Below are positions 11,496 through 21,584 of a stretch of 64,000 nucleotides of DNA, in pieces. The stretch is from contig CM060731.1 in NCBI GenBank assembly GCA_030704615.1, positions 70,556,001 to 70,620,000 of the forward strand, written 5' to 3'. Position 1 is the stretch's first letter. Every line of letters starts with the position of its first letter. Source of the stretch: Takakia lepidozioides (lineage: Eukaryota; Plantae; Bryophyta). The position numbers were made by a program, and so were the translations under genes. The notes under the pieces were generated by a model. The model ran no database searches. It worked only from the letters and a program-made list of their open reading frames with translations, and was not told the origin of the DNA.

Positions 11496-13375
11496 TCGAC
11501 TGCACATGCAGAGCCCTCAGAGATCTCGCAAAGCACTGCAAATTCGCAATTCTTTATGGAAAGAACGACACAAGATTGCAGAAACATGCCCTTCAAGCAC
11601 CAATTTTGATTCAAGGAGGTCACACCTGTACAACACTCGCTTCATTGCTTGCTCGCTGTTGTACTGGTTTTTGAATTCGTAAGACCTGGAGATTCCTTTC
11701 TCTTTCTCAAACTCCCTGAAGAAGCAGTTGTTCCAGACAGCGAGCTTCCATCTCCTGATATAGGCCTCCAGTGTGATCCGGGGGCAAGCCATCTGGATTT
11801 TGTAGTCTGCCATCGACTCAGCAAGTGCAGCCACTGCACGTTTTTCTAACTGCAACAAGAAAGCTCATAAGAATTTGGGAGAGGTTACGGAGCAACACAA
11901 ATGTCTGAAAATGGTTTGGTTCAAACCTTACCTAGCTCCAGAATGTGGCTTTGTGTAGCCACTGGTCGAATGTGTGGTCGCTAACAACTCTTATTGCTTG
12001 TGTCTTCGGGTCCCTCTCTGGAGTTGGGAACATGTTCGTGTCTCTCACAAGAGGATCCGAATTCCATATCTCCAACCACCTGATTTTGGTTGCATTGTCC
12101 ACCATTGAAATGGAAAGGCGATGTAGTTTCTCTTGAGTCATTTCTGGCTTGGAGCCATACTTGTCATAGTGTGCTTTCACCTGCTCCAGAAATTCCGTGC
12201 CAAGACCTGGGTCTGCTATCCGGATCTGTTTGTCGAATGCACTCATGAGGTTCTTCCTTTGATTTTTCATCTCGAACTTCATCATGTCCTCAAGCCCAGT
12301 TGCAGACCGCTGCTCTTCTGTGTGGGAATCATAGTACTCTGCTTTCGCCTTCAATCCAGTTTCTGCTATTTCTTGCTGCATACATAACAGGTAAAAAGAA
12401 TCAAACACTGGAATTTCTTCACAAAATTTGCAGTAACAACAGGCAAACAGGTGTCAAAAAGCTTACAGTGTACATGTACTCAAGAAAAGCCTCCCTTGTC
12501 AAGCTGTACCATGTGCTTGTCTTCTTCTCAGCACACCTCTTCATCTGCTGAGGACTGAGCACGTTCGTGAATGACTCCAGTGGCATCAGCCCTACCTTCT
12601 GGATGCGGAATAGAGTGTGGCACAGATTGGTCGTCACATGAGATGTTTCATTGGACCTGGAAAAACCTTCAACTCATAAGATGATTTCAAATTGTCGAAA
12701 CAAGGAACAGACACAAAGTTGGAAACTTACTTGTTTATGTCGTGCATGGCTGTCAAGAGCTGCGTGACACGTCCTTTGTGATCGAGAACCATGGAAACCA
12801 CGCTCCAGTGCCATTCGATGTCGTCCGAGTGCAAGCTTGAAATGTAATCCATCCAGGCAAGCAGTCTGTGGTTCCCATCCCAGACAAAAAACATCTTTCC
12901 CATGAATGCTTTTGTGGAGGCCTTTTTGGACAGCTTAAACTCGAACTCCCTGTTTACATCCCGCCAGCATGCATCCCAACCTTGCTCAATGTCCTCTGTT
13001 ACAAGACACTCCTCTCCTTTCGTGTTCATAGTGGATACGTAGAACACTGCTGATCCCTTGACATAGCCGTGAACAAAGTCGTTCTTCAACTTCGTTATAT
13101 CATTCCTCAATGCCGTCGAACAGCGGGCATGGAGATCATCCTGCACAGCGGAATGACCAGGTTTCCGCCGGGAACCTCCATCGACAGAATCACCTTCGAC
13201 GAGTTCACTTTTTGCCCACCAATTATCTCCTCGGCCTTGTCTTCATAGTTTCCCTCCAATGAGTCTTCCTCACCTTCACCTTCTGACGCGGCCAAATCTT
13301 CCCCCTCGGATTTCCTTTTTCTTTTCCTCTGCACAGAATGAATTATCTGTGAGTGACAGATTGAGCACCCATGGA

Positions 13376-13889
13376 TCAACATTGCTTTGACGCAAGGTTG
13401 ATTGATGGGGATGTAGTTTAGACTGAAAGGCATACAGGAAAGACTTTTGAAGCAAAAAAATGCTTTGCGTTGACGCAGGGTTCTTTTGGGAGCTTCAACT
13501 AATCAACTTTCCCTACCTTACAGTTCAGGGTATGAGAGATCGGACGCTCCATTGAACAAAAAAATCATCAAAACCAGCCTTGCGTCAACGCAATGTTGAT
13601 TCTTGTGCGGCATCTGTTCGTTTCACTAGAAGTTCTAACATACACCATGGAGGTTGGCATCAACCTTGCGTTGACGCAAGGTTGATTGCGAGCTCTCGGA
13701 TCGGTGTTGAACAAACACAAAAGCTACAGGAAAAGGAGATTGCTGTCTCTTCTTCTTCTTCGAACTTGATGATGCGTCGCAAGCATCCATGTCTGTCTAG
13801 CTTGATTGTAGTGCAACATCTGCACTGTTTTGATGCCCAATATATACACTTAGGAGGTCGACTTCAACCTTGCGTTGACGCAAGGTTGA
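13376..13889. repeat. Five copies of the same 26-bp palindrome in the 627-nt intron
   Basis: Copies start at ~13376, 13460, 13574, 13660 (perfect) and 13864 (perfect). Confidence 0.9.
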
Positions 13890-15080
13890 TGTCGACCTCA
13901 ATGCTTAGCAAGAACCAGACAGAATCAGAGAGAGAGAAAGAGAGTTCATAGCCACCTCTGGTTTCTTCTTTGCACTTGATGATGCTCCTGACGCATTCAA
14001 TCTTTCCATTTGGTCTGGAGGTAGCATGCTTCCAAGGAGGTCCCAATGGTGCGAAACAAGGGCAGACGGCATCGTTTCCGCGTCCGTTTGTTCTCCCTGC
14101 TCTTTGAAGACCTGTTTCTCTACTCGCAGTGCTTTCTCCCGAGCCCAGCTCACTTCCTCGTCCTCCCCCCCTTCTATTGGAGGTTGCTCATCGGTCGCCT
14201 CCGGGATCACTTCAAGACCTTCCTCTCCACACTGCGGTTGCAGAATCTTGTTTTGCCCTTCGTCTTCCTCTACGCCGGATGTTTCTTCTCCCATTCTAAG
14301 TTCCCGTCTCGCCTTCCTCATCCTCTCCTTAGCGCGTGCCCTTTGCTTGTTTGATGTGAAATAAAGTGTTCTTCGACGCTTGCTTCTCCCTCGGAATGGG
14401 GTCACCGTCTCTGCAGAATCCAGGGTTGCAAAGACAATAAGGAGAAGAGGGAAAAAAGAGGACTATGGGAGGTTCATCGCAAGGCCTTCAACGCCAAGAT
14501 GTTCGCTCGCAACGTTCAGTGCGCCACTGACTCATTCCACATGCATGGCGAACACGTGTCCATCTAATCGTTATGAAATATCGGCGGAGATCATTGGATC
14601 CTCATCCATCCAAAAATCGTTGGGGTCTAATCACCTCTCATCTGAAAAAGTTCATTATTGGGCAATTTATTCTGGGATGTTCCAGAGGAATGTCAAGTAT
14701 GTACAGTTGTACAGCGGTGCAGGTGCCGTTAAAATTAAATGGAAATGGGCATCTCTTCTGGCCTCTCTGACATGACAACCAAACGGCGGCTCTGTCAGTC
14801 AATCTGTCAACGAATGCACTGGTGGGGCACTTGTGAAAAAACAGTTGGATTCTAGGATTAGGGCTGACATTATGGACTCCGCATTTGGGAACTCTGTGAC
14901 CATGCGCTTGGTTCGCATGGGGAGACATTTCACAGAAGTGGAAACCCGCGTTAGGAGATCTGCAAGCCGGAGCGATACCTGCAATTCTCTGTGAGGACGC
15001 CAAAAACTCCGCTCCCACACAATTTGCATTCACAAGCACCGTCGGACTGTGAACTCTACTTTCTGAAGCAACATCGACAT

Positions 15081-18000
15081 ATGGCCTCCCAGGCCATGGG
15101 CTCCCTTGACGCGGACTTCTTCAGTGAGGACCACCCTGTGCCATTTTCTTACGAGGTGGAAGATGATGGTTTTGCGCTGGTGCATGAACACGTCCTCGCA
15201 ACGCAGTTTCGGTTGGAAAATGGAACTCTATTCCTTCAAAGGGAAGTGTACGATGCCAATGGAAAACTGCTCAAGTACGTGTTCCAGAAACCTTCGCATA
15301 CTGCACCAGCCACACAATGGAGAGTGCCTCCAGGCAGATACAGGGTGCTCAGTGCTCCTCTGAGACAGTCTGCAGGATCTTTCGTAACTCCTGGCACGGC
15401 AACATCAGTGGCCCAGGAGAAAACACCCGTGGTTGTCAAGAAGGAGACGAGTACCGTTAACACTGTAGTTGAGCTTTCGGACTCATCCTCTGATGACACA
15501 TGTGCAATACCGCCCGTGGATCAGCCATGTCCACATGTAGAAGCAGATGTGGAGGAGATCACCAGTGTCATTCCTAAACTGAAAGCCATGGGTGGGATGG
15601 CAGGATTCAAGAGTGAGTTGAGGGGGATAGACTGGAGCACTTTCAATATTCAGAGGGTGGCATTCTTGCTGGAATCTTTTGATGGTAATACTGTTTTCGA
15701 GCTGCCTCCTCCTGGTCGCTTGGGGGGCAATTCTAGTCTCCTGGAAGGAATGGACAAAAAGCACGATGGGCACCCTTGGTGCCGCACAAAAACCTCCAAT
15801 ATTCACAACAACGACAACCTCATATTCAGGCGAACAGTCTGTAATGGGCACCTAAAATGCGAGAACATGAAATGCAGACACTTCGCATTGTCAGGTGTGC
15901 AAAACCAAAGCGAATGGGATGGTGTCAGTGAGAATCCATTCAAGCCTGGGGTGACACCACCATACAGTAACACTTTTGTGTGCAAGTTCTGTAGGGTACC
16001 ACCTTGCTGCCTTGCTTTGTGTGGCGCCAGAATGTATTATGTGGTGCATCGATTCAAAACCCTGACTAGAGCCTGTGTCCATTTCGGTTTTCACAACCAC
16101 CCTGTGTCCAAGGGGGATTATAGGGAGAGCGTTGACACAGTCTCGCGTCTGATAAGGCAAGAGTTGGATACCAATCCAACTGGAACCACATCTGCAATTG
16201 CCATGGGGGCGAGCAAGTCCTTTCTGGAAAGCCGTATTCTGTGTGCATCAAATTCGGTTGGAGGAATACTGGAGGGATCGGCTTTGGACACTGTTATGGA
16301 CCATTTCTCAACTTTGACTTCTCCAAACATTAGGAATCAGGTGAACGCTTTAAGAATGGGCTCTGGGAGCCGAGGTTATATGGACAATATTATGGATTTG
16401 AAGAAAATGAGCATGTATGACTACATCCAAGACAACGTTTTCCCGGGACAAAGAGCCAGGAAAGTGTTCTTGTTCAAAATGTCCACAAAAGGTGAGGGCA
16501 GCGGGGTCAGCCTGGTTAAACGTATGCAGAAGGGTGGCGATCTTGGCAACTGCTTCCTTATGTTCGATCATGTCAAGAGGGTTAAAGACTGGACCACAAT
16601 GGCATGTCATGTTTACGACCCTGTGTACCAGCGGGTCATGACAATTGCAGTGTGTGACATGCAGTCAGAGGACACAGATTCACAACAGCTCATGTGGGAA
16701 GCTCTCATTCGAGTTATGACCTCCAATGGTCTCCCATCTCCCAATTTCGTTGGTTTCATGGCCGATAGTGCTCAAGCTAACTTCAACGCTGTCCGCATTG
16801 TGTTCGGGACGGGAGACCCAAAAGTGCCAATGCCTGGAAGAGAACGTACATGTCTTTTCCATTGGACACAATCCTTGGACAAACACACAAAGACATACAT
16901 CAAGCCAGATATGCAGACTATGCATCGCCAACTGTGCAACCAGTACAAAGACGCCAAAACTATGGGGGAAGCGAATACATTGTTCCAGACAATTCGTGCT
17001 TGGTGGTACTCATCTGGAGCGGCATCGGAGGATAGCATGAGGGCACTGCAAGACTGGTTCGCATTTTGGCACTTCCGTTACCGACAGTGGGGAGCGGCCA
17101 TGACAACGGTGAGTGGTTTGTATTCACCTTCGTTTGGGTGCTTCGGATATATCTTTCAGGGTCCAATCCTAATATCGGCTTTCTGTTTTTTTGCCTTGCA
17201 GCATATGTCCATTGAGGAGATGGCGGACATGCCTTCTTGCAATCTTGCGGAGACAGTGCACAATGCCTGGTTGCAGCAATCCGGCAAAAAAAGGAGAGAT
17301 TTGTATGCGGCGACGGCCGATGACCTCATTCGTGCTCTGCAGCAGCAAACCAGATATAGGTCATTCTTGAGGGGTGGCCTTGGTGGCAAAGGTCCGGACA
17401 GGAGCGAGTTGATGTTGCGGGCAGCTGGAAGATCAGGGGATCCCAGCAAAATAGCGCGGGCAGTGAGCATATGTGCAGATGGCACCCCTCTCGTGGAAAG
17501 AGTTCCCCATCTGGAAGGCGAAGAGAGATTCGGGTCTTGCAAACGGAAATTGGACACCCCTCCGGGATCGGATGCAGATTCCCATAGGGCGGACAGGGTG
17601 AACTTCTCGACGCCACGTGTTCCCTTGGATCAGAGATGGAATTGCGGAACATCCACATGTGAGGGCTACTCTGCCCCAGACCGGACCCCTGCATCAAGCA
17701 TTGTCACTGCAATGGTTGAAGACCAGAACGTGGTGCCGCATATAATCGAGTCCATGGGCTTGGACGAGGTTTGGCATATAGAACGCACAAGTGCTGGATC
17801 TCGTGTGAAATGCGCGGCGATCAGGGCCACCAATCATGAAAAATGTACATCAATAATCTCCAGAGGGAAAGAACGCACTGCAGCTCCTACATTCACGGGT
17901 TTGTTTCTCCCTTACGGACAAGGCGAGGCAAAGAACCACAAGTTCTGGTTCTGCGCTGACGATTGTGGGAGATGTGTGCATGGTACAGTGAGGCCTTCCG

Positions 18001-18584
18001 TGGTAAGGAAGCCTACTCCACCAACCGTGTGGCCTGTGAAGATGGGCACAGGTCTCACTCACCGAGAGATCGCAATGCTGGAAGAGGCGGGTTTCTCCCT
18101 AGCCAGACATTCCATTGCACGTGAAGGTGCTTCAAGTGGAAGCGGTTCACGGGTACCTCCGCCTGACGCTCACTTGTGGCCAACCAGACGGAATGGGAAG
18201 CTGGTTCGACGATTCCCTCCAACTGCAGAACACTACGGCAAAATTGAGTCCGCCAGAATGCTTCACGCTCGTGTTGCGGGAACAATGGAAGTGCCTAATC
18301 CAGGGTATGGTCGGGTCTTCACCATGATCTCATCCGCATCTGCGCTGCAGGACGGGACGTACGAAATCACTGTTTCCAATTTTCCCAATTGTACATGTCC
18401 TGATTTTGTTGGTATGCTTTCAAGTAGTTTGGGAAAGAGAGGGAAGTTCATACCGTGCAAACACCTTTACTTCGTCTTCTTGAGAAGGATGGTTTGTGAT
18501 CCAAAGCGCGACTTCTTCATTCACCAAGCCACTATGAGTTTCAACGAAGTCAACACACTTCTACAGCGGGATACAAGCCCATAA
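15081..18584 (+). CDS. MULE-family DDE transposase with N-terminal WRKY/GCM1-like Zn domain and C-terminal SWIM finger; one 93-nt in-frame intron (17109-17201)
   Basis: Uninterrupted 1197-codon ORF, first ATG at 15081. DGHPW..CNGHLKC..C..CKFC..C..HFGFHNHP (WRKY-GCM1 fold); FLMFD, FMADSAQAN, CLFHW (CxxH), CNLAETVH (DDE); CTCPDF..PCKHLYFV (SWIM). ACG/gtgagt...ttgcag/CAT removes a hydrophobic 31-aa insert. Confidence 0.88.
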   Translation: MASQAMGSLDADFFSEDHPVPFSYEVEDDGFALVHEHVLATQFRLENGTLFLQREVYDANGKLLKYVFQKPSHTAPATQWRVPPGRYRVLSAPLRQSAGSFVTPGTATSVAQEKTPVVVKKETSTVNTVVELSDSSSDDTCAIPPVDQPCPHVEADVEEITSVIPKLKAMGGMAGFKSELRGIDWSTFNIQRVAFLLESFDGNTVFELPPPGRLGGNSSLLEGMDKKHDGHPWCRTKTSNIHNNDNLIFRRTVCNGHLKCENMKCRHFALSGVQNQSEWDGVSENPFKPGVTPPYSNTFVCKFCRVPPCCLALCGARMYYVVHRFKTLTRACVHFGFHNHPVSKGDYRESVDTVSRLIRQELDTNPTGTTSAIAMGASKSFLESRILCASNSVGGILEGSALDTVMDHFSTLTSPNIRNQVNALRMGSGSRGYMDNIMDLKKMSMYDYIQDNVFPGQRARKVFLFKMSTKGEGSGVSLVKRMQKGGDLGNCFLMFDHVKRVKDWTTMACHVYDPVYQRVMTIAVCDMQSEDTDSQQLMWEALIRVMTSNGLPSPNFVGFMADSAQANFNAVRIVFGTGDPKVPMPGRERTCLFHWTQSLDKHTKTYIKPDMQTMHRQLCNQYKDAKTMGEANTLFQTIRAWWYSSGAASEDSMRALQDWFAFWHFRYRQWGAAMTTVSGLYSPSFGCFGYIFQGPILISAFCFFALQHMSIEEMADMPSCNLAETVHNAWLQQSGKKRRDLYAATADDLIRALQQQTRYRSFLRGGLGGKGPDRSELMLRAAGRSGDPSKIARAVSICADGTPLVERVPHLEGEERFGSCKRKLDTPPGSDADSHRADRVNFSTPRVPLDQRWNCGTSTCEGYSAPDRTPASSIVTAMVEDQNVVPHIIESMGLDEVWHIERTSAGSRVKCAAIRATNHEKCTSIISRGKERTAAPTFTGLFLPYGQGEAKNHKFWFCADDCGRCVHGTVRPSVVRKPTPPTVWPVKMGTGLTHREIAMLEEAGFSLARHSIAREGASSGSGSRVPPPDAHLWPTRRNGKLVRRFPPTAEHYGKIESARMLHARVAGTMEVPNPGYGRVFTMISSASALQDGTYEITVSNFPNCTCPDFVGMLSSSLGKRGKFIPCKHLYFVFLRRMVCDPKRDFFIHQATMSFNEVNTLLQRDTSP

Positions 18585-18871
18585 AAATCTGTGTTTTCCT
18601 TGACTACAACTTGTAATGGAATGACTATTCAAGTCCATTGACTCTCAATGTATGTCGTCTAACATCTTTGCTATGCGTGGGTCAATGCATTTGTCGCATT
18701 GGTTTGTCATTCTCTTTTCATTAGCAAACACAAGAAACTACCTTCAGATAGACAGATGATCAAATCAACCTCGTCTCAACTTACTTGAAGTTCTCCAAAT
18801 CCTCCTTGTGTTGACACAAGGATGATTTTAGTTCTCAGAAAACAACATCGTGTCAACACGAACTTCAACGT

Positions 18872-19070
18872 ATCCCACTCTCCTAGAAACATAGCCGAAC
18901 CATTCTATTATTCAAAAAAGATGACCCAACAGATCTAAGTAATTACAGACCAATAGCCCTCGCCAACACTATCTAGAAATTATTCACCAGCACCCTAACA
19001 AGGGTGCTATCTAATTACGGAGAACAACACCAGATTTTAAGTGACCCCCAAGAAGGGTTTCGGGCCACAC
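18872..19070 (+). mobile_element. LINE reverse transcriptase N-terminal fragment
   Basis: Translation IPLS*KHSRTILLFKKDDPTDLSNYRPIALANTI*KLFTSTL..ILSDPQEGFR. Confidence 0.85.
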
Positions 19071-20685
19071 GAGATATCCAACTCTTCTATCTTGGAGTTT
19101 CCACCTCGGATAACGAAGGGATGGATGAGTAAAAGCCGCTCAACATTTGGCGACCATACTAGGGAACCGAGTCAAGAACAACCAGATGTGACAGGCATCT
19201 GGTGGGATCATGGTGGTTGGAGAATCAAGGAATTTGATGTGAATCAAATTCCCTGTGAAACTGAGAAAGAAAGATTGTCGAAACAATTCTTTTAGAGGTT
19301 CTTGGAATTGCCAGACGGTTGTAAGGAAAATACTCTCAAGAGAGTGCATGATGTTGATCCAGAGTGGGGTCTGGAAAAAGGAGTGATAAAGATTTATCAA
19401 CTGGCCTGTAAAGGAAGAGCTAGTTGGTTGCCAACACTGGTTTATGTGATAGCGTTGCTATCATTAAACGAGTGGAGTTTGAAGGCTGGGAGGAACGGAA
19501 AGTGAATGTGTTTACTCATATGCATGAAAAGCTTGTACTGGTAAAGAATTGGATTCCCAAGGATATCTTGTGGATCAAACTTACACCAAGAACAGCTTTT
19601 TAGACCTGGTTGCCATATGGATATATGGTAACGGAGCCTTCTAGTCTAGCCAAGGGTACATTAAAGCTTGAAAGAAATCCAGGCATATACGAGAGATACT
19701 ACAGGAGAGAGTTTTGATTATTACCTCATCAAAGACGTGAAAGATATGGGTCATGAGTGATGAAAGGGAAGCTAGACTCCACAGATATTCAGCGAAAAGG
19801 GAAAGCTATTTAAAGGCTAATTATCCGTATCTTTGGCAGAAGGGAATAGATATAGGAGAGTCATCCGGGCCTCTCACACCACCAAGACCAGAAAATTCAT
19901 CACCCATACCTGAAGGATCTAATTTAGATATCACACCTATTTATTCTTTACAAGAGAGATTAAAGATCTGGTGGAAGAAGAAGATCAAGTACGAGGGGAA
20001 AAATCTGAAGGGAATCCCTGGATTAAAGATTTGACGGAAATCTTTGATCAAAGTTGGCACGGTACACCCAGAGCGGGAACACCAGTTTTTGATACACCGG
20101 CTAATGAAGGGAGAAGGATGAAGAAGGACCATCGGAGAGTTCAGACACTTCAACACCACTTCAGTTGAGTTATATGAGTGAGAAAGAAGAAATCCAAGAT
20201 AAGAACTTGGAAGATGAAAACAGAGAGAATAACTTGGAAGACGAAGGGTATGAAGACGTAGACCCAACAATTGAGGTTGAGACTACAACCAGGACATCCC
20301 AACCTGTTGGACCTGGACCAAGTGGAGCACTTGGATCACAGGCCAACACAGGTGTCGGCTCAGGGGGATCAAGCGGGCAGCTTGGATTTGGCTCAGGGGG
20401 GACAGGGAGTGTGAGCAGTAGTTCAATTGGTGCCGGAGGTACTGCAAATACAAGGGGGCCAGTAGTAGGAAGTGCTTAGGGGCCAGCACCTGGTAGGAGT
20501 TCCACAACCATAGTAGGTCTTCAAGGACCAGCACCTACAGGAGGACCAACACCTGCCACAGGGCAGGGAGTTGGGCCACAGATGGCGGCAGTAACCCCAA
20601 CTCGAGCAAAGTCACCTTTCCCAATCTATGGAGGGAAAGAGAATCCAGATGTACATGTCAATCAGTTTGAGAAAATATGTATAGT
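19071..20685 (+). mobile_element. Fragment of a Gypsy element (LTR 3' end, PBS, leader, gag 5' part), same family as 43416-54351
   Basis: Colinear with ~44078-45420, including aaagccgctcaaca-tt-tggcgaccatact. Ends where the chromovirus LTR starts. Confidence 0.9.
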
Positions 20686-21584
20686 TGTAACACCCAGGAT
20701 CTACATAAACTAGAATAGAAGTACTTCTCAACTTTTTCCCAAAACAACTCGATGCCTTATAGGCTTTCATTGCATGTTTATATACCCTTTACAATATGAT
20801 TATTTTAAAGATTTGACTTGAGAGCCTCAAGTCAAAATCTCCTAAAGTCAACCTTCCTAAGTTTGACATATTCTCTATAATATAACTTTATCAAACATTT
20901 GACCTACTCTCCATAATATAAATATCTTATAGATTTGACTTAAGAGCCTCAAGTCAAACTTCCTTAAGTCAAACTTCTTAGGAACCTTCCTAGTTATTTT
21001 GAAAACTTCTAGGGAACTTTCCTCCTCCATCTAAAACCTTCTAGATTTTGCCCTGTTACAATCATCCCCTCTCTCAAGAAGCAACGTCTTCGTTGTTCGA
21101 ATTTTCAAAAGTTTGAATTGCCAATTGAGCATTTGCGAGATTTTGCACCGGTTCCCAAGTAGTTTCATATAATGGAAATCCTTTCCATAAAACCAAATAC
21201 TCCAACACCTCATGTCGCCCTCGTTTATATGTGCGTTTTTTCAAAACACGGTCGACCTCCCACTCTTCATTTCCGTCTATCAACTTTGATAAAGGATGTG
21301 GTTCTTGATTATTTTTTAATATTGATGGTCGAGGTTCGTAACGACGTAGTAGAGAAAGGTGAAACATCAGGTGGATCTTCATATGTGGTGGTAACTTCAG
21401 CTTGTATACTACTGCTCCAATACGTTTAATGATTGAAAAATGACCAATGAACCGTGCCCCTACTTTTCGCGATCCAATGATGTGTAAATTGGCTGTAGCC
21501 AACCACACTTGATCCCCAACTGCAAACTCCTCATCCCGTCGATATACATTTGCATACTGCTTTTGGCGATTTTGGGCTGTGGTG
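20686..21584 (-). mobile_element. Chromovirus 3' end: integrase tail with chromodomain, PPT and 375-bp LTR (20686-21060)
   Basis: FAVGDQVWL..ARFIGHF..VYKLKLP..IHLMFHLSLL (GPY/F module); EEWEVDRVL..YLVLWKGFPLYETTWEP..L (chromodomain); PPT gagagaggggatgat; LTR ends tgtaaca...tgttaca. Confidence 0.9.

Larger units (their letters stand above)
9009..14321 (-). pseudogene. Spliced ParB/Srx-like domain + beta-class amino-DNA methyltransferase-like fusion gene (~1080 aa); one frameshift and one premature stop in this copy
   Basis: Exons 14321-13956, 13328-12731, 12656-12467, 12375-11932, 11849-11626, 10746-10140, 10009-9671, 9571-9289, 9202-9009. All GT-AG and phase-compatible once 1 nt is restored at ~13114; TAG at 11934-11932. 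Motifs: FFVWDGNHRLLAW (ParB GxxRxxA); DLVVLDIPDG (motif IV position); REKSPAFMQTLVETCSRHGGRVVDLSMGT/GACFHACKSAGRHFFGMEAD (motifs X-I-II, joined across the last intron). Start codon and exon 1 are less certain. Confidence 0.8.
8161..18865. mobile_element. Large Mutator-like (MULE) DNA transposon with two divergent genes; right terminus missing
   Basis: Abrupt start inside a flanking repeat at ~8161 with a hairpin-forming terminus. Transposase on +, ParB-methyltransferase gene on -. The same 26-bp palindrome occurs on both sides of the transposase. Sequence switches to a LINE fragment at ~18870. No matching TIR or TSD visible. Confidence 0.7.

Noticed and set aside
10870-13889. 26-bp palindromes as a CRISPR array or as bacterial parS
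   Set aside because: Spacing is irregular (85-205 nt), orientation is mixed, location is intronic, and the sequence does not resemble the TGTTTCACGTGAAACA parS consensus. Kept only as an analogy.
9009-14405. Bacterial contamination or a prophage as the source of the ParB-MTase
   Set aside because: The gene has eight phase-consistent spliceosomal introns and is embedded among plant retroelements.
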